A stretch of 50,183 bases of DNA, from positions 14,950,088 through 15,000,270 of the forward strand of contig NC_057749.1 in the NCBI RefSeq assembly GCF_004010195.1, given 5' to 3'. Made by a program: the position numbers and the translations under genes. The notes below the pieces were generated by a model. That model saw only the letters and a list, made by a program, of their open reading frames with translations. It did not search any database and had not been told where the DNA came from. The stretch is from Chiloscyllium plagiosum (taxonomy: Eukaryota). Every line of letters begins with the position of its first letter. Within the stretch, counting starts at the first letter, position 1. This document shows, one piece after another, positions 22,269 through 34,199 of this stretch.

Positions 22269-25141
22269 TTTGTTCTATGGATTGTACCAACCTAATAACT
22301 CTATCAACCCAGTAACGGGAGTGGTGACATTGTGAAAACATTATTGGGCCTGGAGTTTAGGACTAATGTTTCCAAAGCTTCCGTTCAAATCCTACCAGGG
22401 AAAATTTGATTAATCGATAAATTTCAAGTAAAAGCAAACAATAACAACCAGAAATCTGTTTCTTTTTGTTATTACTCTGTAGAAACCTTCTGGTTCACTC
22501 TTGGGAAAGAAATCCGTTGTCTTCACCTGGCCTGGCCTTCAGTGTGACTCCAGCCCCTCAGCTCTCATGTGGTTGGTTATTCACCAAGCCATTCAGTCAC
22601 CACAGAAACCAAATGCTGTCCACACAGACTGCAGTGGTTCAGGAAGGCTGGCTGCTGCGGCTTTCTCAGGGCGAGGTACCGATCTCAGTGAGGACCACAC
22701 ACTGTGAAAAAAGCCCACAATCGCTGAGAAGAGGGTTGTGGTGATGAAGCTTTTCAGCTCACACTCAACATGACAAACCCTAAAAGTGCCAAATTCCAAA
22801 AGATCACAACAGTTTCTGCTGATAGGATGTTGATCAGTTGGCCAGACAACTCTATTTGGTCGAGTTGTTGCCATAAATAAAGCAAGGGGGAGCTATGGGC
22901 TCCACAGTCTCCTGAGTCATTCAAAATAGGCATGAGGCCTGGACACATTCCTTTAGTTTGCAGAGAACAAGCCCAGTCCATGAATATTTGTAACTACTGG
23001 CATTCACAAGCTACTGGTTGGGAACTGGTGGAGCCTGATCACAGCATGTGGATGCCCTCATAGAAAGACTGTAATGTCTATCTTTTTAGCTTTATTTATT
23101 ATTTTCAGAACTTATACTATGTATATCAATAATGTAGTGTAACCTTTTCTGTTCTCTACTTTCTGTACCTGAGATTTGTAACTAGATACTTTGTACCTAA
23201 GATGGTGCCATGTGTTGGGAACATTGTACACTTTTCACTGTATTCCTGTTGAGTACACATCACAATAATCCTAATTCAAATTTGAATTCTAAACGAGTCA
23301 AGCCAAAATCATTTTGACTGATGATTTTAAATTCATTGCTATGGTAGCTTGTAATGTTTATAGCCAAAAACAAAACTATCAATGACTTCCCTAACTAGGG
23401 ATCACTAATGCAAAGTTTTTTATTAATGAAGAATCCATTCACTTTAACTTGTACTTAACCACAAAGATTAGCCCACCAGCTTCACTAACCAGGAGTCATA
23501 ATAAACCATGGATTCTGTTAAACCAATAAATTCCAGATTAAGGTAATCCGGCAGCAAGTTAAGATGACCGCAGTTATTTTGGAAAGACAGAAGGTGACTG
23601 AGTGAGTCACGGGAATTTGATAGTATGTTGCCACTATCTGTTCAGAGAACTCACCAGTTTCTCCTTTTGAACACTGACACTGGTCAGACATGGAACAAAA
23701 CAAAAGTCTCTGTTTCTATTACACACCAGAGACTAATGTTCAAGTACTAAGCAAAGCAGCTGAAAGCTTTCCTGGATTTAGTTAATTTAACCCTGGGGTA
23801 CGATTGATCCACCAAGCGCTTTTGTGGAGACCTGTAGTAGTAATGGCTCTCCCTGAGGCAGGCTTTGGGTTTATTGTAAATGCTCCATTACGCCATGAAT
23901 CTATCGGAAAATTCCCCAGTGCCCTGGTACTGATGGCTTTGTTACTTTTATCTCCCTGGAATCTCTGGCAAAACAATTTTTCTTCTGTTTTCAAACTGCC
24001 CGCAATAATCCGAGACCAAATGGCTTTAGTGTTAGAGATGTTGCTTTGCTGAAGGAAGTCAAGGCTTCAAGTCTTGTTGTTCCCCGTTATCTCGATATTT
24101 GTCATAGACTGCCCTGATGATAACAAAGCAAACAGTGTCTCAGCAATACTGAAGCATCAAACCACTGCTGGTCAGGGTCAGGCCACTGAGCTGCTGGTGT
24201 CCAATCATCTCTCTAGTTGCCCTTGAATCAACCTGTCCAGGAATATTATTACATACACACTTCCAGAGCAGCTGGCACTTGAACCTGGGTCTCCTAGATC
24301 AAAAGTATGGACATCATCTCCTAAATCCTATACTCATTGCACTGACCAATAAAGGCAAGTGTACCAAATACCTTCTTTACTACCCTGTATAAAATTGCTG
24401 GAGACATTCGGCAGACCGGGCAGCATCTGTGGAGAGAGAAAAGCTGTGAACTTTTAAAGTCTGGTATGACACTTCTTCAGAACGGAAAGGAACTGGGAAA
24501 TGCCGCACTTACAGCTGTAGATTGAGAGGGAGGAGGAGTGAGTGGAACAAATTGGAAAGATGCCCATACTCAAGAGACAAAGACACTGGTGATGGTGATG
24601 ATGGAGAGATAAAGATGTAAAATAGGTGTAAATGTTCGCAATGGAAATCTCAAACAAGAACAAAAGGTTCTAGATCAACTCAGCAGGTCTGGCAGCCTCT
24701 GTGAAGAGAGGAACAGAATTAATGTTACTCTCTCCTTTAGAAAGAAGGATGTGGTGGCACTGGATGGAGTTTGGAAGAGGTTCACCAGGTTGACTCCAGG
24801 GTGTCATACAAGGAACAGTTTGGGCTCGTACTCACTGGAGTTCAGAAGAATGAAGGGAGAATCTGATTTAGGGATATGAAATGCTAAAGGGATTGATAAG
24901 GTGGAAGTTAAACTGATGTTCCTCCTTTGGGACAGTCTCAAACAAGATTTTGTTTGGAGTGAGAGGAGATAGGTTCAGAACTGAGACAAAGAGAAACAAC
25001 TTCCCTCAGAGGGTTGTGATTCTGTCAAACTCACTGCTCCAGAATGCAGTGGAGGTAAAATCAATCAACAGATTCAAGAAAGAAATAAAGTTAAAAATCA
25101 CACAACACCAGGTTATAGTCCAACAGGTTTAATTGGAAGCA

Positions 25142-25176
25142 CACTAGCTTTCGGAGCGACGCTCCTTCATCAGGTG
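25142..25176 (-). ncRNA. Minimal type-I hammerhead ribozyme motif
   Basis: Reverse complement CACCUGAUGAAGGAGCGUCGCUCCGAAAGCUAGUG. Confidence 0.75.
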
Positions 25177-25314
25177 ATTGTGGAGGGCTCGATCGTAACA
25201 CAGAATTTATAGCAAAAATTATACATTGAAGAATTGATTGATTGTATAATTTCAGTTACATCACACTGCAAATTTTTGCTATAAATTCTGTGTTACGATC
25301 GAGCCCTTCACAAA

Positions 25315-25349
25315 CACCTGATGAAGGAGCGTCGCTCCGAAAGCTAGTG
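25315..25349 (+). ncRNA. Minimal type-I hammerhead ribozyme motif
   Basis: CACCUGAUGAAGGAGCGUCGCUCCGAAAGCUAGUG; identical to the minus-strand copy. Confidence 0.75.
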
Positions 25350-27050
25350 TGCTTCCAATTAAACCTGTTGGACTATAACCTGGTGTTGTGTGATTTTTAA
25401 CTTTGTACACCCCAGTCCAACACCAGCATCTCCGAATCAAGAAAGAAATAGATATGTTTCTGATCAAAAGTGGGTCATAGGGCTATGGGGAGCAGGCAGA
25501 AAAGTGGAGATAAAGCCCAGATAAGGTCACATTAAATGGCAGAATGGGATCATAGGACTGAATTGCCTACTACCAGTCCTAATTCCTATGAACTAGAAAA
25601 TACTGTTTTTTTATGTAAGAATTTATGATGGAATTCACCACTAGGCTCTGTAAGGAAACTTTACAGGACTCTGACAGGAGTTGGTTATAATCAGTGGAGG
25701 TCATAGCTAGAGCAAGCTTTCCTGAGCTTACAGTCTCCAATACAAAAAGGGAATCATGTTCTGATATACAGAGTTGATCATTCAGACCAGCCTGGGATAT
25801 TAGCAAAGGAGAGGTTGCCATCTGCTGGAACTTTGTCCTGTGTGAGATTGTTTCAAAATGAATCTTTCAATGTACAGGGTCTGACAGCAGCTACACTCCA
25901 GTCAATTCTTCTCCACAACTTTCACTGTCAGGTCAGGAGTTGTTCTGGAATTCGGGGAGGTCTGGGACCTTGGAGGTGTTACCAAACTGTAGTGGGGTGA
26001 GGGGGTTAGCCATTTACTGAGCGAGAACGACACAAACTGGTGGGGAACAGATTTTCCCCTTGGGGTAGACGGCTCCAATGGGAGGGACATATGCTTCGCA
26101 AAACTGAGGGAAGTGGAGAGAAAAAGTCAGATAATATCTGTGGAAATTTCCTGGGGTAAGGAAAGGATGGAAGGGAGGAATAGTGGGGAAGACTGAAACA
26201 GGAAGGAAAGAAGAAAGAACACAAGCAAGCAGCAGAGGAAAGCAGTGGTGCTGTCATAGTGTCACAGGGTTAGCAATCTGGAGGCTAAATTAATGCTCTT
26301 GAACAACAAGGGTTCAAATCCCACCACAGCTGCTGGTGAAATCTGAATTCAATAAATGTCTGGAATGTTATGGTGACTCTGTAAGTACTGTCAATTGTTT
26401 AAACCCAACTGGATCACTAATATCCTTTGGGGAAGGTAACTGCTGTTCTTATCTGGAGCCTATTTGTGACTCCAGACCCACAGCAATGCAGTTTACTCTT
26501 AACTCCCCATCTGACATCGTCTAAGGGGGACAATTGTGGGTTGGTAACAACAGCTGGCCTTGCCCTTGATCCCCACATCCAGAGTGGGGACTCCAGTGAC
26601 CAGCGACTTAGTGTGGAGTGTGACGGCAACCAATGGTCAGACCACGTGGTGACCCCCTGCCCTGGTCTGCTGTGGAGAGCCTTTGGAGAGAGACTGCGAT
26701 GTTTGTAACTTTGATTCTTGTTTCTCTGAGCTGTGGTTATACTGTGTATTCCCCTCATGTCTTTTTAAAATCTTTCTCCTCTCACCTGGTCTTTTTAAAA
26801 ATTCTTCATGTTTTGAGTTAGTAGTGAGGAGCCAGAAGCTTAGCTATGGGTCTTTGACCCTTAAGCTGGTAAAAAATAATATCTAGAGATCAATATGTGG
26901 AGCTTCATTTAATGTGGCATTTACATGCAGGAGCTGATGGCATTTCAGAACAAGAAACTCCTTCATTATGCTTTATTCTGACGTAGGAATTCTGGAGAAG
27001 TTACAAGATTGGCAACAGGCCATTTGGCCCCACTGTTCTATGCCAGGACT

Positions 27051-27135
27051 TCACCTGATGAATAGGCAGCGCTCCGAAAGCTTGTGATTTCAAATAAACC
27101 TGTTGGACTATAACCTGGTGTCGTATGACTTCTGA
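27051..27135 (+). mobile_element. Penelope-end fragment with damaged hammerhead
   Basis: CACCTGATGAATAGGCAGCGCTCCGAAAGCTTGTG...TGTTGGACTATAACCTGGTG; stem II disrupted. Confidence 0.7.
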
Positions 27136-27196
27136 TTAACTCCAAAACAGTCTTTGCCCCAAACCCCCACCCATGTGACTCTATGTTAGTAATGGG

Positions 27197-27326
27197 TTAG
27201 ATTAGATTCCCGACAGTGTGGAAACAGGCCCTTCGGCCCAACAAGTCCACACCAACCCTCCGAAGAGCAACCCACCCAGACCCATTCCCCTACATTTACC
27301 CCTTCACCTAACACTATGGGCAATTC
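27197..27326 (-). mobile_element. HE1-like SINE 3' part
   Basis: (TTAGA)n tail plus GTGGAAACAGGCCCTTCGGCCCAACAAGTCCACAC, as at 50026-50183. Confidence 0.75.
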
Positions 27327-27579
27327 ATGGATTCACTGAGTATTTACTTCCTGTTTGGAGCATACTTTAAAACTTTTCTAACCTCCTCTCCTTCTTTTTC
27401 CAGGTTCAGACATGGGGGATTTTCACCAGGAGACCGTTCTATTCAGCCACAGACCGGTCAACCTTATGTAAATACTAGTACAAGCGAACTCTCTCTCCGA
27501 CATGGATTCTCCACTGAATAAGAGAGTCATTAGCTTTAGGAGTCTCTGAACCTTTTGACATTACACATTAAAGGACACC

Positions 27580-28062
27580 TCATAAAGAGCGTTCTATCTG
27601 GATGCATCACAGCTTGGTAAGGCAACTGTAGTGAGAAACTACAGAGAGCTGTGAACACAGCCCAGACCATCACACAAACCAGCCTTCCATCCATTGACTC
27701 CACCTACACTCCCCACCACATCAGAAGAGCAACCAGTATAATCAAAGAGCCCTCCCAGCCTGGTTACACTCTCTGCCACTGTCTTCCATCATGCAGATAA
27801 TACAAAAGTTTGTATACATGTACGAATAGATCTAACAACAGCTTCTTCCCTGCTGTTATCACACTTCTGAAAGGACCTCTCAAATTTCAAATTTAAATGT
27901 TGTTTTCACTGTTTCCCTGAAGCTGTAACATTGTATTCCTTGCTCTGTTCTATTACCCTCATGCACTTTGTATGGTATGATCTACTGGTACTACATGCAA
28001 GACAAAACGTTTCACTGTACCTTGGTACATGTGTCAGTAATAAATCAAATCAAATCAAATAA
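27580..28062 (+). mobile_element. Rex1/Babar-type LINE 3' fragment
   Basis: Collinear with 125-610 (GGATGCATCACAGCTTGGTA...); (TCAAA)n tail. Confidence 0.78.
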
Positions 28063-28179
28063 AGTTGCAAACTCTTGTTGCAAACTCTCACTGTCCTCCT
28101 TTGAGATACTCCTTAAAACTTACCTCTTTGGTCACCTGTCCTAATATTTCCTTGTAGGGCTCAGTGTCAATATTTGTCC

Positions 28180-28415
28180 TGGAGCGTCGGAGGCTGAGGG
28201 GGTGACCTTATAGAGATTTATAAAATTATGAGGATGGGGTAAAACAGTCAAGGTCTTTTCCCTGGAATGGGGGAGTCCAGAACTAGAGGGCATAGGGTTA
28301 GGATGAGAGGGGAAAGTTATAAAAGAGACCTAAGGGGCAACTTTTTCATGCAGAGGGTGGTACGTGCATGGAATGGGCTGAGTGTTTCCATGCCGTACAT
28401 CCCTATGACTCTGTG
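28180..28415 (+). mobile_element. CR1 3' fragment with internal deletion
   Basis: LERRRLRGDLIEIYKIMR remnant; CCCTATGACTCT tail. Confidence 0.75.
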
Positions 28416-28809
28416 TTTTGTTGTGTTAAAGATGCTTTACAAATGAAATGGGTCTGTACTTTTGGACATTTGACTACAACAAACAACTTATGATAGCTAT
28501 ACAACATGATTCCATTAATGTCTGAATTTTAAATTATTTAGTGTGTTAGCCACTTCTGAGAAACTATTTTTTTCCTTCCCTTCTTCTTCAAGTGACTCTT
28601 GTTGGAGTTTATCATGACCCCACACAAACCTCACAACTGTGCCAGAACACCATTCCAATTTATTTTTGTCAAATTGACGTTCCTATGAACTGTCGAAGCA
28701 CGTTTTCCCTGCAATATAGGTGCTACATAAATGCAAGTTGTTTTCAACCATGAGTGTTAGGGGTGAGGGAGAAAGTCAGATGCCTAGCAAGACTTCTCAA
28801 ATCACCAAC

Positions 28810-29198
28810 CAGGGCTCAGAGGGTCAGATGTCCGTGAGTTCAAGTCCCACTCAGAGACTGACCCACAACCTTTGCTGGCACTCCAGCAAAGGGAGTCCTG
28901 TGCTGTTTTTCAATAGAGATATTCAACTCAGGCCCTTTAGATTAGCTGTAAAAGATCCCACGTCATTATTTTGAGGCGAGCAAGGAAGTTCTTCTTGCTG
29001 CCTGGCCCAATATGTAACCCTTGACCAACATCTCTTTAGACTGATTAATGGGTCATTAATGTGTGGGAGTTGGCTGTGAGCAAATTGGCTGCTCCATTTT
29101 CCTGAGTGACAACACTTTAGAAATATTTCAGTTGCAGTAAAACCTGTTGGGAGATCATGACCTTGTGCAGGGTGCTATTTAAATGCAGGTTTGTTCTC
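28810..29198 (+). mobile_element. Deu-domain SINE (SacSINE1/AmnSINE1-like)
   Basis: GAGTTCAAGTCCCAC B-box head; GTAAAAGATCCCAC...TGTGGGAGTTGGCTGTGAGCAAATTGGCTGC core; GGTGCTATTTAAATGCAGGT tail. Confidence 0.7.
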
Positions 29199-29382
29199 AT
29201 TTCTCTACCTCACTCCTGTTTTCTGCATTCAGGATTCCTGGGTGGGCATGCCTTAGGTGATGGTTAATGCAACCTAACAGGAAGTGACAAGCAAATCGAT
29301 ACAGCCTTTGCCTCAAAGTTGAGACAGAATCCATCTGACGTGCGAGTGAGGGGTTTGAGACCTCCCTGACCTGTCGTGTTCT

Positions 29383-29586
29383 TCAGTCACAAAGATTGGA
29401 GTCCATCAACTTCATTTGTTTTGAACTGGGTGCTTGGGGAAGGCTTGCATTGCTTCTTTTCCTGCCAGGAGCTGTTCCTGTTTCACCCCTGCGTCCTTTT
29501 GGCTTTCTTGCAACCAAGTTTGATTCTCTTGAACTTTGAGAGCCACTTGCCTGTCCTGTGACCCCTTCAGAAGGTTCCAGAACAAC
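29383..29586 (-). CDS. fam169b: FAM169B-like terminal coding exon VVLEPSEG...RKRSNASLPQAPSSKQMKLMDSNLCD*
   Basis: Acceptor tttctcgcag|GTT, phase 0; 67 codons then TGA. Basic NLS-like C-terminus as in FAM169 proteins. Candidate minus-strand AATAAA at 28664-28659. Confidence 0.65.
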   Translation of the reverse strand, partial: VVLEPSEGVTGQASGSQSSRESNLVARKPKGRRGETGTAPGRKRSNASLPQAPSSKQMKLMDSNLCD

Positions 29587-30387
29587 CTGCGAGAAATTTA
29601 CACCAAGCACTATTATGATTTTTTTTATTTGTCCATTAACGCTTCCCGCTCCTCTTCATTCCTTTCTGAGCATGGTGTAACATTTTCATGTATTTCAAAA
29701 GCATTCAAGTAAGTTAGCTTTGTGTATCGACATAGTCATAAACACAGTAGCATCTCAAGGAAACAAATAAACATTGGAGTTTGACCCTATCCAAACAAAC
29801 CAAAGGCATCTTGTCTGGGTTTTTTGAATTGGGTTCGAATTGATTTTACAGGAAGTCCGTGGCATCATTCCCATGATCCTTGGATTTGTGGGAAGTAGGG
29901 GTGAGTCCTTGGTACGAGTCCAGGTGCACATTACATGGAAAAATCTGAACTTGTTCAGCTGTGCTGGTTACCATGTGGGCCTCTGTCACACACTCCACTT
30001 AACAACATTTCCACATTTTACCGTTAATTATCGAATTAGAGCAGTGCTTGTTTGTGTTGATAGGATGACTAAATGGCAAAACGACTCTCGCTTTCACATC
30101 CTGTATGAGCACCGTCTAAAGATAGTTTCATTCATTCTGGGGATATGGTGTCTCTGGACCAATATTTATTGTCCAACCTGCAGGAGGTGCTGGTGAGCTA
30201 GATGTGAGAACCATTACAGCCTCTGGAGAGCACAGGCATCTCGAGTACACTTAGGGAGTGTCAGGATTTCGACCCACGTGGAGGAACGGCGATATATTTC
30301 CAAGTCAGGATGGCGAGGGGCTAGGAGGGGAACTTGCAAGGGGTGGTGTGCCCATGTATCTAGATGGAAGTGGGTTTGGAAGGCACT

Positions 30388-30890
30388 GTCATAGCATTAT
30401 GCAGCAGAGAAACAGACCCTTCGGCCCAACTCATCCAAGCTGAACTAGTCCCACCTGTCTGTGTTTGGCCCAAAACCCTCTAAACCTTTCCTATTCAGGT
30501 ATCCACCAGACCCCTTTTAAATGTTTTAATTGTAGCTGCTTCCACCACTTCCTCTGGCAACTCCTTCCATACATTCACCACCCTCTGTGTGAAAAGGTTG
30601 CTCCTCACATCCCTTTTAAATCTTTCCCCTCTCACCTTAATCCTATGCCTTCTATTTTAGACTCCCTATCCTGGGGAAAAGACCTTGGCTATCACCTTAT
30701 CGATGTCCATAATTTTATAAACCCCTATAAGGTCACCCTTCAGCCTCCAATGTTCCACAGGAGAAAAAATCCCAGCCTATCCAGCCTCTCATATCATAAT
30801 TCATATCCTCCAGTCTCAGTAACATTCTTGTAAATCTTTTCTGCACCTTTTCCAGTTTATTAACATCCTTCTGATAGCAGAGACTCCAGA
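30388..30890 (-). mobile_element. CR1 3' fragment
   Basis: GAAACAGACCCTTCGGCCCAAC tail; CACCCTCTGTGTGAAAAGGTTGC body. Confidence 0.78.
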
Positions 30891-31004
30891 ATTGTATGTC
30901 ACTTCAGTTTCTACATTGATCTCTGTACAGATTGAAGGGGTCTTCTTGAGTTTCAGAAGCAGAGGACACTGCAGATGGTTGACACTAATCCTACTGAGAG
31001 TCAC

Positions 31005-32300
31005 AGGAGTGAGTGTTGAGGGTGGTGGAGGGAGTGAGTGTCGAGGGAGTGGATGTGGGTGTGGGTATGAGTGTGGGTGTTGGTGTGAGTGTGAGTGTGA
31101 GTGTGGGTGTGGGTGTGAGTGTGATGCGAGTGTGATGCGAGTGTGGGTGTGAGTGGGTGTGGGTGTGGTTGNNNNNNNNNNNNNNNNNNNNNNNNNNNNN
31201 NNNNNNNNNNNNNNNNNNNNNNNNNNNNNNNNNNNNNNNNNNNNNNNNNNNNNNNNNNNNNNNNNNNNNNNNNNNNNNNNNNNNNNNNNNNNNNNNNNNN
31301 NNNNNNNNNNNNNNNNNNNNNNNNNNNNNNNNNNNNNNNNNNNNNNNNNNNNNNNNNNNNNNNNNNNNNNNNNNNNNNNNNNNNNNNNNNNNNNNNNNNN
31401 NNNNNNNNNNNNNNNNNNNNNNNNNNNNNNNNNNNNNNNNNNNNNNNNNNNNNNNNNNNNNNNNNNNNNNNNNNNNNNNNNNNNNNNNNNNNNNNNNNNN
31501 NNNNNNNNNNNNNNNNNNNNNNNNNNNNNNNNNNNNNNNNNNNNNNNNNNNNNNNNNNNNNNNNNNNNNNNNNNNNNNNNNNNNNNNNNNNNNNNNNNNN
31601 NNNNNNNNNNNNNNNNNNNNNNNNNNNNNNNNNNNNNNNNNNNNNNNNNNNNNNNNNNNNNNNNNNNNNNNNNNNNNNNNNNNNNNNNNNNNNNNNNNNN
31701 NNNNNNNNNNNNNNNNNNNNNNNNNNNNNNNNNNNNNNNNNNNNNNNNNNNNNNNNNNNNNNNNNNNNNNNNNNNNNNNNNNNNNNNNNNNNNNNNNNNN
31801 NNNNNNNNNNNNNNNNNNNNNNNNNNNNNNNNNNNNNNNNNNNNNNNNNNNNNNNNNNNNNNNNNNNNNNNNNNNNNNNNNNNNNNNNNNNNNNNNNNNN
31901 NNNNNNNNNNNNNNNNNNNNNNNNNNNNNNNNNNNNNNNNNNNNNNNNNNNNNNNNNNNNNNNNNNNNNNNNNNNNNNNNNNNNNNNNNNNNNNNNNNNN
32001 NNNNNNNNNNNNNNNNNNNNNNNNNNNNNNNNNNNNNNNNNNNNNNNNNNNNNNNNNNNNNNNNNNNNNNNNNNNNNNNNNNNNNNNNNNNNNNNNNNNN
32101 NNNNNNNNNAGGTGTGAGTGTAGGTGTGAGTGTGAGCGTAAGAGTGTGTGTGAGCGTGAGTATGAGTGTGAGCGTAAGAGTGGATGTGTGTGAGCGTGGT
32201 GTGGGTGTAGGTGTGAGTATGAGTGTAAGAGTGGGTGTGGGTGTGGGTGTTTGTTAGTGTGAGTGTAAGGTGGCTGTGGGTGTGACTGTGTGTGGAAGAT
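31005..32300. repeat. (GT)-rich GTGAGT/GTGGGT low-complexity repeat spanning an assembly gap (N 31172-32109, 938 nt)
   Basis: Same motifs on both sides of the N run. Confidence 0.9.
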
Positions 32301-32363
32301 GGAGAAGAGTGCACTGTGAGAGGGAGGGAAGGGGACGAGGGAGATTTCCAGCCCTTTGTTTAC

Positions 32364-32485
32364 CTGCACCTGCAGACTATGGACTGCCTGATGAGGTGAT
32401 TGTCCAGTGATATTCTCCTCTATCGAGCCTGGGTCACTCTCTCTGGCTGGGCTCTGACATGTGGAGGCGCTGCCTCCAGTTCTGT
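32364..32485 (-). CDS. fam169b: FAM169B-like low-complexity exon: (N)RTGGSASTCQSPARESDPGSIEENITGQSPHQAVHSLQVQ
   Basis: Strong acceptor tctttccttctctcacttacag|AC; donor CAG|gtaaac; 122 nt, phase 1 to 0. This exactly bridges the flanking exons. No homology evidence. Confidence 0.7.
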
Positions 32486-33603
32486 CTGTAAGTGAGAGAA
32501 GGAAAGACAAGATCAGCTGTGAAACAGGCCTGGCTCCCATTATCCATCATTGCTCAGATCGCCAAGTGCAGACACATTCATCAGAAAACGTCACACCTTC
32601 ATTAGTCAAACTATAACAAGAAAATGAGAAAAATAAAAAGATTTTAACAAGCTTTGATTTGTTTCTCCTTCAGTGTGTTCAGGAGGTGGATTCTAGACTG
32701 TTTTAAAAACTCTCAAGTAATGAGGGAAACACTCTGGAGCCAATTTTTGCACAGGAAGCTCCCACCATTGAGGCTTCCATTGCTGAAAAGCCCTGTGAAT
32801 GGTGAATTCATGAGCATGGAGCTGAATAACTTTTGGTCAAAGTAGGATCAGGTTCCTGGACCCCAGAATTATGACTTTTTGCCTGTTATTTCTGGGTGGA
32901 ATTAATAAACTCTAAAACATCTGAAATAAAATTTAATTTTAACAGAGTAAAATATTAAAAACAATCGTAACATATTGTAATAAATACAGCAAAAATGGCG
33001 AGATGTACTCTGTATCTGGGCTGGGTGTTTTTCGGGGTGTGGGGTTTACGGCTGGTTACTGGCTGTGGGAGGGGGAGGATGGTGTAGATGTGACTCCCTC
33101 CCAGTCGCTCTCCCACCTCCCTCCTCTACCTCCATTAGGCCGATGTCCTCAATCTGCTCATCCTCCTGAGTACCTCCACTCTTGCTCATGAATGGGTGGG
33201 GAAGGGGGTGGGGGGGTGAGGCTGTGTATTAGAACAGGTCGGAGAGTGAGATTACCACGTAAGTGTAAGTGATCACCAGAGGGTGAGTTTTGCCCGTGGA
33301 TTTTGTTGGTTACTTGATTGGTTACTTGATTTTTGGTGCAAATAGCAAATTCACGACTCATGAGTTTGCCGATACCGAGGGATTAATTTAGGATATCTGG
33401 TCAGTATGGAAGAGTTGGACCGAAGGGTCTGTTTCCATCTCTATGACTCTATGAGTGACAGTAATTTGTTTTGATGGCATGGGTGAAAAGATAAGTTGCA
33501 GATTCACCAAAATGACCTGCAGTGCCTCTGAATGTGCTACTTTCCCTCTGCACTGCACTATGGAAGGCAGTCTCTACTGTCTGCTCAGCTATGTGGAGTG
33601 GGA

Positions 33604-33910
33604 CTTGACCCATTCCGAGGACCAGGAATACATGCTGAGGGACGCAGTAAAGCTTAGGGCAGCTGCCGCCAAGGCACAGTGGGGAAAGGCCACTGTCTGA
33701 GGTCTTTCTGCTCAAATTAAATGGGGGCTCATTCCATTATCAGACCCTCCCAATGTCTCAAATGTCTATAAATATGGTTTTGTATAAGTAAGAAATGCCT
33801 TGAGTTTGTTTGTTCTACATATGTAGACTACAGAAAATAACTGATCTAGTGATTATGAATGTATATAAAGATTTTGTTAATGAATAAAGTGTATTTTTGA
33901 GAAAAAACAA
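33604..33910 (+). mobile_element. Tx1/L1-clade LINE 3' end
   Basis: HSEDQEYMLRDAVKLRAAAAKAQWGKATV* resembles shark Tx1 ORF2 C-termini (recalled); AATAAA 33883-33888 then A-rich tail. Confidence 0.6.
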
Positions 33911-34070
33911 TAACTGACAACAACACATTCCACGTACCCTGTACCCTGCCAACATGTCCCAACAGGTCCATGTTATACAACCTAACACAGGCTGTTACAT
34001 TCCTTCACACTTTCCAATGTGCCAGGCTGGGAGATGGGCTATACATGAAGCTGTGTTAATAAGGACTCAC

Positions 34071-34199
34071 TCTCTAAGGGTATCTCTCCCAACTGGAGCT
34101 GCAGCCACACATTAACCCTTTGGCTCCAGTCCCCTGGAGCCTCCACTTCCCAAAGTCGAGCCTGCTCCTGGGGTCGTGTCTTCAAATACTTGGAACAAA
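34071..34199 (-). CDS. fam169b: FAM169B-like coding exon: (V)CSKYLKTRPQEQARLWEVEAPGDWSQRVNVWLQLQLGEIPLE
   Basis: Acceptor ttctttttcag|TT; donor AGA|gtgagt; 129 nt, phase 1 to 1. Contains the LWEVEAPGDWSQR FAM169B-type motif. Not in the supplied ORF track. Confidence 0.92.

Larger units (their letters stand above)
25088..25436. mobile_element. Fold-back Penelope-end insertion with 14-bp TSD and two hammerheads
   Basis: About 130-bp near-perfect inverted arms; TCAAGAAAGAAATA at 25074-25087 and 25437-25450. Confidence 0.88.
24735..25592 (+). mobile_element. CR1 3' fragment hosting a Penelope fold-back insertion
   Basis: TCACTGGAGTTCAGAAGAATGA; FRTETKRNNFPQRVV..NSLLQ remnant; sequence resumes after 25450. 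Confidence 0.8.

Noticed and set aside
30816..32540. Long His/Thr-rich and X-filled ORFs
   Set aside because: GT-rich low complexity plus N gap. Only 32485-32364 is supported as an exon.
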